A stretch of DNA of 64,000 bases from the human T2T-CHM13v2.0 reference genome, Homo sapiens. Every line of letters starts with the position of its first letter. The first letter of the stretch is position 1. Where the stretch lies: the NCBI RefSeq assembly GCF_009914755.1, contig NC_060933.1. One strand, written 5' to 3'. Below are positions 12,801 through 26,000 of the stretch, one piece after another. The notes under the pieces were generated by a model. It saw only the letters and a program-made list of their open reading frames with translations. It ran no database searches and had not been told where the DNA came from. The position numbers and the translations under genes were made by a program.

Positions 12801-15800
12801 GTAGAATCTGCAGGTGGATATTCGGATAGCTTTGAAGGTTTCGTTGGAAACGGGAATATCTTCATATAAAATCTAGACGGAAGCATTCTCAGAAACTGCT
12901 TTGTGATGTTTTCATTCAAGTCACAGAGTAGAATGTTCCCTGTTATATACCAGGTTTGAGACACTCTTTCTGAACTACCTGGAAGTGGACGTTTGGAGTG
13001 CTTTGAGGCCTATGTTGAAAAAGGAAATATCTTCCCATAAAAACTAGACAGAAGCATTCTCAGAAACTTGTTTGTGATGTGTGTATTCAACTAACAGAGA
13101 TGAACCTTTCTTTTTACAGAGCAGTTTTGAAACACTCTTTTTGTGGAATCTGAAAGTGGATATTTGGATAGCTTTGAGGATTTCGTTGGAAACGGGATTA
13201 CATATAAAACCTAGAGAGAAGCATTCTCAGGAACTTCTTTGTGATGTTTGCATTCAAGTCACAGAACTGAACATTCCCTTTCATAGAGCAGGTTTGAAAC
13301 ACTCTTTCTGTAGTATCTGCAAGCTGACGTTTCAAGCGCTTTCAGGCCTATGGTGAGAAAGGAAATATCTTCAAGTAAAAACTAGACAGAAGCATTCTCA
13401 GAAACTTATTTGCGATGTGTGTTCTCAACTAACAGGGTTGAACCTTTGTTTTGATATGGCATTTTGGAAACACTCTTTTTGTAGAATCTGCAGGTGGATA
13501 TTCGGATAGCTTTGAAGGTTTCGTTGGAAACGGAATATCTTCATATAAAATCTAGACGGAAGCATTCTCAGAAACTGCTTTGTGATGTTTTCATTCAAGT
13601 CACAGAGTAGAATGTTCCCTGTTATATACCAGGTTTGAGACACTCTTTCTGCACTACCTGGAAGTGGACATTTGCAGCGCTTTGAGGCCTATGATGAAAA
13701 AGGAAATATCTTCCCATAAAAACTAGACAGAAGCATTCTCAGAAACTTGTTTGTGATGTGTGTATTCAACTAACAGAGATGAACCTTTCTTTTTACAGAG
13801 CAGTTTTGAAACACTCTTTTTGTGGAATCTGAAAGTGGATATTTGGATAGCTTTGAGGATTTCGTTGGAAACGGGATTACATATAAAATCTAGAGAGAAG
13901 CATTCTCAGGAACTTCTTTGTGATGTTTGCATTCACGTCACAGAACTGAACATTCCCTTTCATAGAGCATGTTTGAAACACTCTTTCTGTAGTATCTGCA
14001 AACGGACATTTCAAACGCTTTCAGGCCTATGGTGAGAAAGGAAATATCTTCAAATAAAAACTAGACAGAAGCATTCTCAGAAACTTATTTGCGATGTGTG
14101 TCCTCAACTAACAGAGTTGAACCTTTCTTTTGATACAACATTTTGGAAACACTCTTTTTGTAGAATCTGCAAGTGGATATTTGAATAGCTTTGAAGGTTT
14201 CGTTGGAAACGGGAATATCTTCATATAAAATCAAGACAGAAGCATTCTCAGAAACTTCTCTGTGATGTTTGCATTCAACTCATAGAGTTGAACACTTCCC
14301 TTCATACAGCAGGTTTGAAACACTCTTTTTCTAATATTTGGAAGTGGACATTTGCAGCGCTTTGAGGCCTATGATGAAAAAGGAAATATCTTCTCCTAAA
14401 AACCAGACAGAAGCATTCTCAGAAACTTCCTTGTGATGTGTGTACTCAAGTAACAGAGTTGAACCTTCCTTTTGACAGAGCAGTTTTGAAGCACTCTTTT
14501 TGTAGAATCTGCAAGTGGATATTTTGATACCTTTGAGGATTTCGTTGGACACGGGATATCTTCATATAAAATCTAGACAGAAGCATTCTCAGAAACTTCT
14601 TTGTGCTGTATGTCCTCAATTAACAGAGTTGAACCTTTGTGTGGATACAGCATTTTGGAAACATTCCTTTAGTAGAATCTGCAAGTTGATATTTAGATAG
14701 CTAGGAAGATTTCCTTGGAAACGGGAATATCTTCATATAAAATCTAGACGGAAGCATTCTCAGAAAGTGCTTTGTGATGTTTGCATTCAAGTCACAGAGT
14801 TGAATATTCCCTTTTATAGAGCAGGTTTGAAACACTCTTTCTGCACTACCTGGAAGTGGACATTTGGAGCGCTTTGAGGCCTATGTTGAAAAAGGAAATA
14901 TCTTCCCATAAAAACTAGACAGAAGCATTCTCAGAAACTTGCTTGTGATGTGTGTATTCAACTAACAGAGATGAACCTTTCTTTTTACAGAGCAGTTTTG
15001 AAACACTCTTTTTCTGGAATCTGAAAGTGGATATTTGGATAGCTTTGAGGATTTCGTTGGAAACGGGATTACATATAAAACCTAGAGAGAAGCATTCTCA
15101 GGAACTTCTTTGTGATGTTTGCATTCAAGTCACAGAACTGAACATTCCCTTTCATAGAGCAGGTTTGAAACACTCTTTCTGTAGTATCTGCAAGCTGACG
15201 TTTCAAGCGCTTTCAGGCCTATGGTGAGAAAGGAAATATCTTCAAGTAAAAACTAGACAGAAGCATTCTCAGAAACTTATTTGCGATGTGTGTTCTCAAC
15301 TAACAGGGTTGAACCTTTGTTTTGATATGGCATTTTGGAAACACTCTTTTTGTAGAATCTGCAGGTGGATATTCGGATAGCTTTGAAGGTTTCGTTGGAA
15401 ACGGGAATATCTTCATATAAAATCTAGACGGAAGCATTCTCAGAAACTGCTTTGTGATGTTTTCATTCAAGTCACAGAGTAGAATGTTCCCTGTTATATA
15501 CCAGGTTTGAGACACTCTTTCTGCACTACCTGGAAGTGGACATTTGCAGCGCTTTGAGGCCTATGATGAAAAAGGAAATATCTTCCCATAAAAACTAGAC
15601 AGAAGCATTCTCAGAAACTTGTTTGTGATGTGTGTATTCAACTAACAGAGATGAACCTTTCTTTTTACAGAGCAGTTTTGAAACACTCTTTTTGTGGAAT
15701 CTGAAAGTGGATATTTGGATAGCTTTGAGGATTTCGTTGGAAACGGGATTACATATAAAATCTAGAGAGAAGCATTCTCAGGAACTTCTTTGTGATGTTT

Positions 15801-17066
15801 GCATTCACGTCACAGAACTGAACATTCCCTTTCATAGAGCATGTTTGAAACACTCTTTCTGTAGTATCTGCAAACGGACATTTCAAACGCTTTCAGGCCT
15901 ATGGTGAGAAAGGAAATATCTTCAAATAAAAACTAGACAGAAGCATTCTCAGAAACTTATTTGCGATGTGTGTCCTCAACTAACAGAGTTGAACCTTTCT
16001 TTTGATACAACATTTTGGAAACACTCTTTTTGTAGAATCTGCAAGTGGATATTTGAATAGCTTTGAAGGTTTCGTTGGAAACGGGAATATCTTCATATAA
16101 AATCAAGACAGAAGCATTCTCAGAAACTTCTCTGTGATGTTTGCATTCAACTCATAGAGTTGAACACTTCCCTTCATACAGCAGGTTTGAAACACTCTTT
16201 TTGTAATATTTGGAAGTGGACATTTGCAGCGCTTTGAGGCCTATGATGAAAAAGGTAATATCTTCCCATAAAAACTAGACAGAAGCATTCTCAGAAACTT
16301 GTTTGTGATGTGTGTATTCAACTAACAGAGATGAACCTTTCTTTTTACAGAGCAGTTTTGAAACACTCTTTTTGTGGAATCTGAAAGTGGATATTTGGAT
16401 AGCTTTGCGGATTTCTTTGGAAACGGGATTACATATAAAATCTAGAGAGAAGCATTCTCAAGAACTTCTTTGTGATGTTTGCATTCAAGTCACAGAACTG
16501 AACATTCCCTTTCATAGAGCAGGTTTGAAACACTCTTTCTGTAGTATCTGCAAGCGGACGTTTTAAGCGCTTTCAGGCCTGTGGTGAGAAAGGAAATATC
16601 TTCAAATAAAAACTAGACAGAAGCATTCTCAGAAACTTATTTGCGATGTGTGTCCTCAACTAACAGAGTTGAACCTTTCTTTTGATACAACATTTTGGAA
16701 ACACTCTTTTTGTAGAATCTGCAAGTGGATATTTGGATAGCTTTGAAGGTTTCGTTGGAAACGGGAATATCTTCATATGAAATCAAGACAGAAGCATTCT
16801 CAGAAACTTCTCTGTGATGTTTGCATTCAACTCATAGAGTTGAACACTTCCCTTCATACAGCAGGTTTGAAACACTCTTTTTCTAATATTTGGAAGTGGA
16901 CATTTGCAGCGCTTTGAGGCCTATGTTGAAAAAGGAAATATCTTCTCCTAAAAACCAGACAGAAGCATTCTCAGAAACTTCCTTGTGATGTGTGTACTCA
17001 AGTAACAGAGTTGAACCTTCCTTTTGACAGAGCAGTTTTGAAGCACTCTTTTTGTAGAATCTGCAA
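6860..17066 (+). repeat. Run of four 15-mer HOR units (2552, 2552, 2551, 2552 bp)
   Basis: Markers at 6860, 9412, 11964, 14515 and 17067. Further 15-mers start at 18939, 21491, 27787, 42759, 45311 and 58582. Confidence 0.95.
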
Positions 17067-20000
17067 GTGGATATTTTGATACCTTTGAGGATTTCGTTGG
17101 ACACGGGATATCTTCATATAAAATCTAGACAGAAGCATTCTCAGAAACTTCTTTGTGCTGTATGTCCTCAATTAACAGAGTTGAACCTTTGTGTGGATAC
17201 AGCATTTTGGAAACATTCCTTTAGTAGAATCTGCAAGTTGATATTTAGATAGCTAGGAAGATTTCCTTGGAAACGGGAATATCTTCATATAAAATCTAGA
17301 CGGAAGCATTCTCAGAAAGTGCTTTGTGATGTTTGCATTCAAGTCACAGAGTTGAATATTCCCTTTTATAGAGCAGGTTTGAAACACTCTTTCTGCACTA
17401 CCTGGAAGTGGACATTTGGAGCGCTTTGAGGCCTATGTTGAAAAAGGAAATATCTTCCCATAAAAACTAGACAGAAGCATTCTCAGAAACTTGTTTGTGA
17501 TGTGTGTATTCAACTAACAGAGATGAACCTTTCTTTTTACAGAGCAGTTTTGAAACACTCTTTTTGTGGAATCTGAAAGTGGATATTTGGATAGCTTTGA
17601 GGATTTCGTTGGAAACGGGATTACATATAAAACCTAGAGAGAAGCATTCTCAGGAACTTCTTTTTGATGTTTCCCTTCAAGTCACAGGACTGAACATTCC
17701 CTTTCATAGAGCAGGTTTGAAACACTCTTTCTGTAGTATCTGCAAGCTGACGTTTCAAGCGCTTTCAGGCCTATGGTGAGAAAGGAAATATCTTCAAGTA
17801 AAAACTAGACAGAAGCATTCTCAGAAACTTATTTGCCATGTGTGTTCTCAACTAACAGAGTTGAACCTTTGTTTTGATACGGCATTTTGGAAACACTCTT
17901 TTTGTAGAATCTGCAGGTGGATATTCGGATAGCTTTGAAGGTTTCGTTGGAAACGGGAATATCTTCATATAAAATCTAGACGGAAGCATTCTCAGAAACT
18001 GCTTTGTGATGTTTTCATTCAAGTCACAGAGTAGAATGTTCCCTGTTATATACCAGGTTTGAGACACTCTTTCTGCACTACCTGGAAGTGGACGTTTGGA
18101 GCGCTTTGAGGCCTATGTTGAAAAAGGAAATATCTTCCCATAAAAACTAGACAGAAGCATTCTCAGAAACTTGTTTGTGATGTGTGTATTCAACTAACAG
18201 AGATGAACCTTTCTTTTTACAGAGCAGTTTTGAAACACTCTTTTTGTGGAATCTGAAAGTGGATATTTGGATAGCTTTGCGGATTTCGTTGGAAACGGGA
18301 TTACATATAAAATCTAGGGAGAAGCATTCTCAGGAACTTCTTTGTGATGTTTGAATTCAAGTCACAGAACTGAACATTCCCTTTCATAGAGCAGGTTTGA
18401 AACACTCTTTCTGTAGTATCTGCAAGCGGACGTTTTAAGCGCTTTCAGGCCTGTGGTGAGAAAGGAAATATCTTCAAATAAAAACTAGACAGAAGCATTC
18501 TCAGAAACTTATTTGCGATGTGTGTCCTCAACTAACAGAGTTGAACCTTTCTTTTGATACAACATTTTGGAAACACTCTTTTTGTAGAATCTGCAAGTGG
18601 ATATTTGGATAGCTTTGAAGGTTTCGTTGGAAACGGGAATATCTTCATATGAAATCAAGACAGAAGCATTCTCAGAAACTTCTCTGTGATGTTTGCATTC
18701 AACTCATAGAGTTGAACACTTCCCTTCATACAGCAGGTTTGAAACACTCTTTTTCTAATATTTGGAAGTGGACATTTGCAGCGCTTTGAGGCCTATGATG
18801 AAAAAGGAAATATCTTCTCCTAAAAACCAGACAGAAGCATTCTCAGAAACTTCCTTGTGATGTGTGTACTCAAGTAACAGAGTTGAACCTTCCTTTTGAC
18901 AGAGCAGTTTTGAAGCACTCTTTTTGTAGAATCTGTAAGTGGATATTTTGATACCTTTGAGGATTTCGTTGGACACGGGATATCTTCATATAAAATCTAG
19001 ACAGAAGCATTCTCAGAAACTTCTTTGTGCTGTATGTCCTCAATTAACAGAGTTGAACCTTTGTGTGGATACAGCATTTTGGAAACATTCCTTTAGTAGA
19101 ATCTGCAAGTTGATATTTAGATAGCTAGGAAGATGTCCTTGGAAACGGGAATATCTTCATATAAAATCTAGACGGAAGCATTCTCAGAAAGTGCTTTGTG
19201 ATGTTTGCATTCAAGTCACAGAGTTGAATATTCCCTTTTATAGAGCAGGTTTGAAACACTCTTTCTGCACTACCTGGAAGTGGACATTTGGAGCGCTTTG
19301 AGGCCTATGTTGAAAAAGGAAATATCTTCCCATAAAAACTAGACAGAAGCATTCTCAGAAACTTGTTTGTGATGTGTGTATTCAACTAACAGAGATGAAC
19401 CTTTCTTTTTACAGAGCAGTTTTGAAACACTCTTTTTCTGGAATCTGAAAGTGGATATTTGGATAGCTTTGAGGATTTCGTTGGAAACGGGATTACATAT
19501 AAAACCTAGAGAGAAGCATTCTCAGGAACTTCTTTGTGATATTTGCATTCAAGTCACAGAACTGAACATTCCCTTTCATAGAGCAGGGTTGAAACACTCT
19601 TTCTGTAGTATCTGCAAGCTGACGTTTCAAGCGCTTTCATGCCTATGGTGAGAAAGGAAATATCTTCAAGTAAAAACTAGACAGAAGCATTCTCAGAAAC
19701 TTATTTGCCATGTGTGTTCTCAACTAACAGAGTTGAACCTTTGTTTTGATACGGCATTTTGGAAACACTCTTTTTGTAGAATCTGCAGGTGGATATTCGG
19801 ATAGCTTTGAAGGTTTCGTTGGAAACGGGAATATCTTCATATAAAATCTAGACGGAAGCATTCTCAGAAACTGCTTTGTGATGTTTTCATTCAAGTCACA
19901 GAGTAGAATGTTCCCTGTTATATACCAGGTTTGAGACACTCTTTCTGCACTACCTGGAAGTGGACGTTTGGAGTGCTTTGAGGCCTATGTTGAAAAAGGA

Positions 20001-23000
20001 AATATCTTCCCATAAAAACTAGACAGAAGCATTCTCAGAAACTTGTTTGTGATGTGTGTATTCAACTAACAGAGATGAACCTTTCTTTTTACAGAGCAGT
20101 TTTGAAACACTCTTTTTGTGGAATCTGAAAGTGGATATTTGGATAGCTTTGAGGATTTCGTTGGAAACGGGATTACATATAAAACCTAGAGAGAAGCATT
20201 CTCAGGAACTTCTTTGTGATGTTTGCATTCAAGTCACAGAACTGAACATTCCCTTTCATAGAGCAGGTTTGAAACACTCTTTCTGTAGTATCTGCAAGCT
20301 GACGTTTCAAGCGCTTTCAGGCCTATGGTGAGAAAGGAAATATCTTCAAGTAAAAACTAGACAGAAGCATTCTCAGAAACTTATTTGCGATGTGTGTTCT
20401 CAACTAACAGGGTTGAACCTTTGTTTTGATATGGCATTTTGGAAACACTCTTTTTGTAGAATCTGCAGGTGGATATTCGGATAGCTTTGAAGGTTTCGTT
20501 GGAAACGGGAATATCTTCATATAAAATCTAGACGGAAGCATTCTCAGAAACTGCTTTGTGATGTTTTCATTCAAGTCACAGAGTAGAATGTTCCCTGTTA
20601 TATACCAGGTTTGAGACACTCTTTCTGCACTACCTGGAAGTGGACATTTGCAGCGCTTTGAGGCCTATGATGAAAAAGGAAATATCTTCCCATAAAAACT
20701 AGACAGAAGCATTCTCAGAAACTTGTTTGTGATGTGTGTATTCAACTAACAGAGATGAACCTTTCTTTTTACAGAGCAGTTTTGAAACACTCTTTTTGTG
20801 GAATCTGAAAGTGGATATTTGGATAGCTTTGAGGATTTCGTTGGAAACGGGATTACATATAAAATCTAGAGAGAAGCATTCTCAGGAACTTCTTTGTGAT
20901 GTTTGCATTCACGTCACAGAACTGAACATTCCCTTTCATAGAGCATGTTTGAAACACTCTTTCTGTAGTATCTGCAAACGGACATTTCAAACGCTTTCAG
21001 GCCTATGGTGAGAAAGGAAATATCTTCAAATAAAAACTAGACAGAAGCATTCTCAGAAACTTATTTGCGATGTGTGTCCTCAACTAACAGAGTTGAACCT
21101 TTCTTTTGATACAACATTTTGGAAACACTCTTTTTGTAGAATCTGCAAGTGGATATTTGAATAGCTTTGAAGGTTTCGTTGGAAACGGGAATATCTTCAT
21201 ATAAAATCAAGACAGAAGCATTCTCAGAAACTTCTCTGTGATGTTTGCATTCAACTCATAGAGTTGAACACTTCCCTTCATACAGCAGGTTTGAAACACT
21301 CTTTTTCTAATATTTGGAAGTGGACATTTGCAGCGCTTTGAGGCCTATGATGAAAAAGGAAATATCTTCTCCTAAAAACCAGACAGAAGCATTCTCAGAA
21401 ACTTCCTTGTGATGTGTGTACTCAAGTAACAGAGTTGAACCTTCCTTTTGACAGAGCAGTTTTGAAGCACTCTTTTTGTATAATCTGCAAGTGGATATTT
21501 TGATACCTTTGAGGATTTCGTTGGACACGGGATATCTTCATATAAAATCTAGACAGAAGCATTCTCAGAAACTTCTTTGTGCTGTATGTCCTCAATTAAC
21601 AGAGTTGAACCTTTGTGTGGATACAGCATTTTGGAAACATTCCTTTAGTAGAATCTGCAAGTTGATATTTAGATAGCTAGGAAGATTTCCTTGGAAACGG
21701 GAATATCTTCATATAAAATCTAGACGGAAGCATTCTCAGAAAGTGCTTTGTGATGTTTGCATTCAAGTCACAGAGTTGAATATTCCCTTTTATAGAGCAG
21801 GTTTGAAACACTCTTTCTGCACTACCTGGAAGTGGACATTTGGAGCGCTTTGAGGCCTATGTTGAAAAAGGAAATATCTTCCCATAAAAACTAGACAGAA
21901 GCATTCTCAGAAACTTGTTTGTGATGTGTGTATTCAACTAACAGAGATGAACCTTTCTTTTTACAGAGCAGTTTTGAAACACTCTTTTTCTGGAATCTGA
22001 AAGTGGATATTTGGATAGCTTTGAGGATTTCGTTGGAAACGGGATTACATATAAAACATAGAGAGAAGCATTCTCAGGAACTTCTTTGTGATGTTTGCAT
22101 TCAAGTCACAGAACTGAACATTCCCTTTCATAGAGCAGGTTTGAAACACTCTTTCTGTAGTATCTGCAAGCTGACGTTTCAAGTGCTTTCAGGCCTATGG
22201 TGAGAAAGGAAATATCTTCAAGTAAAAACTAGACAGAAGCATTCTCAGAAACTTATTTGCGATGTGTGTTCTCAACTAACAGGGTTGAACCTTTGTTTTG
22301 ATATGGCATTTTGGAAACACTCTTTTTGTAGAATCTGCAGGTGGATATTCGGATAGCTTTGAAGGTTTCGTTGGAAACGGGAATATCTTCATATAAAATC
22401 TAGACGGAAGCATTCTCAGAAACTGCTTTGTGATGTTTTCATTCAAGTCACAGAGTAGAATGTTCCCTGTTATATACCAGGTTTGAGACACTCTTTCTGC
22501 ACTACCTGGAAGTGGACATTTGCAGCGCTTTGAGGCCTATGATGAAAAAGGAAATATCTTCCCATAAAAACTAGACAGAAGCATTCTCAGAAACTTGTTT
22601 GTGATGTGTGTATTCAACTAACAGAGATGAACCTTTCTTTTTACAGAGCAGTTTTGAAACACTCTTTTTGTGGAATCTGAAAGTGGATATTTGGATAGCT
22701 TTGAGGATTTCGTTGGAAACGGGATTACATATAAAATCTAGAGAGAAGCATTCTCAGGAACTTCTTTGTGATGTTTGCATTCACGTCACAGAACTGAACA
22801 TTCCCTTTCATAGAGCATGTTTGAAACACTCTTTCTGTAGTATCTGCAAACGGACATTTCAAACGCTTTCAGGCCTATGGTGAGAAAGGAAATATCTTCA
22901 AATAAAAACTAGACAGAAGCATTCTCAGAAACTTATTTGCGATGTGTGTCCTCAACTAACAGAGTTGAACCTTTCTTTTGATACAACATTTTGGAAACAC

Positions 23001-26000
23001 TCTTTTTGTAGAATCTGCAAGTGGATATTTGAATAGATTTGAAGGTTTCGTTGGAAACGGGAATATCTTCATATAAAATCAAGAGAGAAGCATTCTCAGA
23101 AACTTCTCTGTGATGTTTGCATTCAACTCATAGAGTTGAACACTTCCCTTCATACAGCAGGTTTGAAACACTCTTTTTGTAATATTTGGAAGTGGACATT
23201 TGCAGCGCTTTGAGGCCTATGATGAAAAAGGTAATATCTTCCCATAAAAACTAGACAGAAGCATTCTCAGAAACTTGTTTGTGATGTGTGTATTCAACTA
23301 AGAGAGATGAACCTTTCTTTTTACAGAGCAGTTTTGAAACACTCTTTTTGTGGAATCTGAAAGTGGATATTTGGATAGCTTTGCGGATTTCGTTGGAAAC
23401 GGGATTACATATAAAATCTAGGGAGAAGCATTCTCAGGAACTTGTTTGTGATGTTTGCATTCAAGTCACAGAACTGAACATTCCCTTTCATAGATCAGGT
23501 TTGAAACACTCTTTCTGTAGTATCTGCAAGCGGACGTTTTAAGCGCTTTCAGGCCTGTGGTGAGAAAGGAAATATCTTCAAATAAAAACTAGACAGAAGC
23601 ATTCTCAGAAACTTATTTGCGATGTGTGTCCTCAACTAACACAGTTGAACCTTTCTTTTGATACAACATTTTGGAAACACTCTTTTTGTAGAATCTGCAA
23701 GTGGATATTTGGATAGCTTTGAAGGTTTCGTTGGAAACGGGAATATCTTCATATGAAATCAAGACAGAAGCATTCTCAGAAACTTCTCTGTGATGTTTGC
23801 ATTCAACTCATAGAGTTGAACACTTCCCTTCATTCAGCAGGTTTGAAACACTCTTTTTCTAATATTTGGAAGGGGACATTTGCAGCGCTTTGAGGCCTAT
23901 GTTGAAAAAGGAAATATCTTCTCCTAAAAACCAGACAGAAGCATTCTCAGAAACTTCCTTGTGATGTGTGTACTCAAGTAACAGACTTGAACCTTCCTTT
24001 TGACAGAGCAGTTTTGAAGCACTCTTTTTGTAGGATCTGCAAGTGGATATTTTGATACCTTTGAGGATTTCGTTGGACACGGGATATCTTCATATAAAAT
24101 CTAGACAGAAGCATTCTCAGAAACTTCTTTGTGCTGTATGTCCTCAATTAACAGAGTTGAACCATTGTGTGGATACAGCATTTTGGAAACATTCCTTTAG
24201 TAGAATCTGCAAGTTGATATTTAGATAGCTAGGAAGATTTCCTTGGAAACGGGAATATCTTCATATAAAATCTAGACGGAAGCATTCTCAGAAAGTGCTT
24301 TGTGATGTTTGCATTCAAGTCACAGAGTTGAATATTCCCTTTTATAGAGTAGGTTTGAAACACTCTTTCTGCACTACCTGGAAGTGGACATTTGGAGCGC
24401 TTTGAGGCCTGTGTTGAAAAAGGAAATATCTTCCCATAAAAACTAGACAGAAGCATTCTCAGAAACTTGTTTGTGATGTGTGTATTCAACTAACAGAGAT
24501 GAACCTTTCTTTTTACAGAGCAGTTTTGAAACACTCTTTTTGTGGAATCTGAAAGTGGATATTTGGATAGCTTTGAGGATTTCGTTGGAAACGGGATTAC
24601 ATATAAAACCTAGAGAGAAGCATTATCAGGAACTTCTTTGTGATGTTTGCCTTCAAGTCACAGGACTGAACATTCCCTTTCATAGAGCAGGTTTGAAACA
24701 CTCTTTCTGTAGTATCTGCAAGCTGACGTTTCAAGCGCTTTCAGGCCTATGGTGAGAAAGGAAATATCTTCAAGTAAAAACTAGACAGAAACATTGTCAG
24801 AAACTTATTTGCCATGTGTGTTCTCAACTAACAGAGTTGAACCTTTGTTTTGATACGGCATTTTGGAAACACTCTTTTTGTAGAATCTGCAGGTGGATAT
24901 TCGGATAGCTTTGAAGGTTTCGTTGGAAACGGGAATATCTTCATATAAAATCTAGACGGAAGCATTCTCAGAAACTGCTTTGTGATGTTTTCATTCAAGT
25001 CACAGTGTAGAATGTTCCCTGTTATATACCAGGTTTGAGACACTCTTTCTGCACTACCTGGAAGTGGACGTTTGGAGCGCTTTGAGGCCTATGTTGAAAA
25101 AGGAAATATCTTCCCATAAAAACTAGACAGAAGCATTCTCAGAAACTTGTTTCTGATGTGTGTATTCAACTAACAGAGATGAACCTTTCTTTTTACAGAG
25201 TAGTTTTGAAACACTCTTTTTGTGGAATCTGAAAGTGGATATTTGGATAGCTTTGCGGATTTCGTTGGAAACGGGATTACATATAAAATCTAGGGAGAAG
25301 CATTCTCAGGAACTTCTTTGTGATGTTTGCATTCAAGTCACAGAACTGAACATTCCCTTTCATAGAGCAGGTTTGAAACACTCTTTCTGTAGTATCTGCA
25401 AGTGGACGTTTCAAGCGCTTTCAGGCCTGTGGTGAAAAAGGAAATATCTTCAAATAAAAACTAGACAGAAGCATTCTCAGAAACTTATTTGCGATGTGTG
25501 TTCTCAGCTAACAGAGTTGAACCTTTGTTTTGATACAGCATTTTGGAAACACTCTTTTTGTAGGATCTGCAGGTGGATATTTGGATAGCTTTGAAGGTTT
25601 CTTTGGAAACGGGAATATCTTCATATAAAATCAAGACAGAAGCATTCTCAGAAACTTCTCTGTTCTGTTTGCATTCAACTCATAGAGTTGAACACTTCCT
25701 TTCATAGAGCTGGTTTGAAATACTCTTTTTGTAATATTTGGAAGTGGACATTGGCAGCGCTTTGAAGCCTATGGTGAAAAAGGAGATATCTTCTCCTAAA
25801 AACCAGACAGAAGCATTCTCAGAATCTTTCTTGTGATGTGTGTACTCAAGTAACAGAGTTGAACCTTCATTTTGACAGAGCAGTTTTGAAGCACTCTTTT
25901 TGTAGAATCTGCAAGTGGATATTTTGATACCTTTGAGGATTTCGTTAGACACGGGATATCTTCATATAAAATCTAGACAGAAGCATTCTCAGAAACTTCT

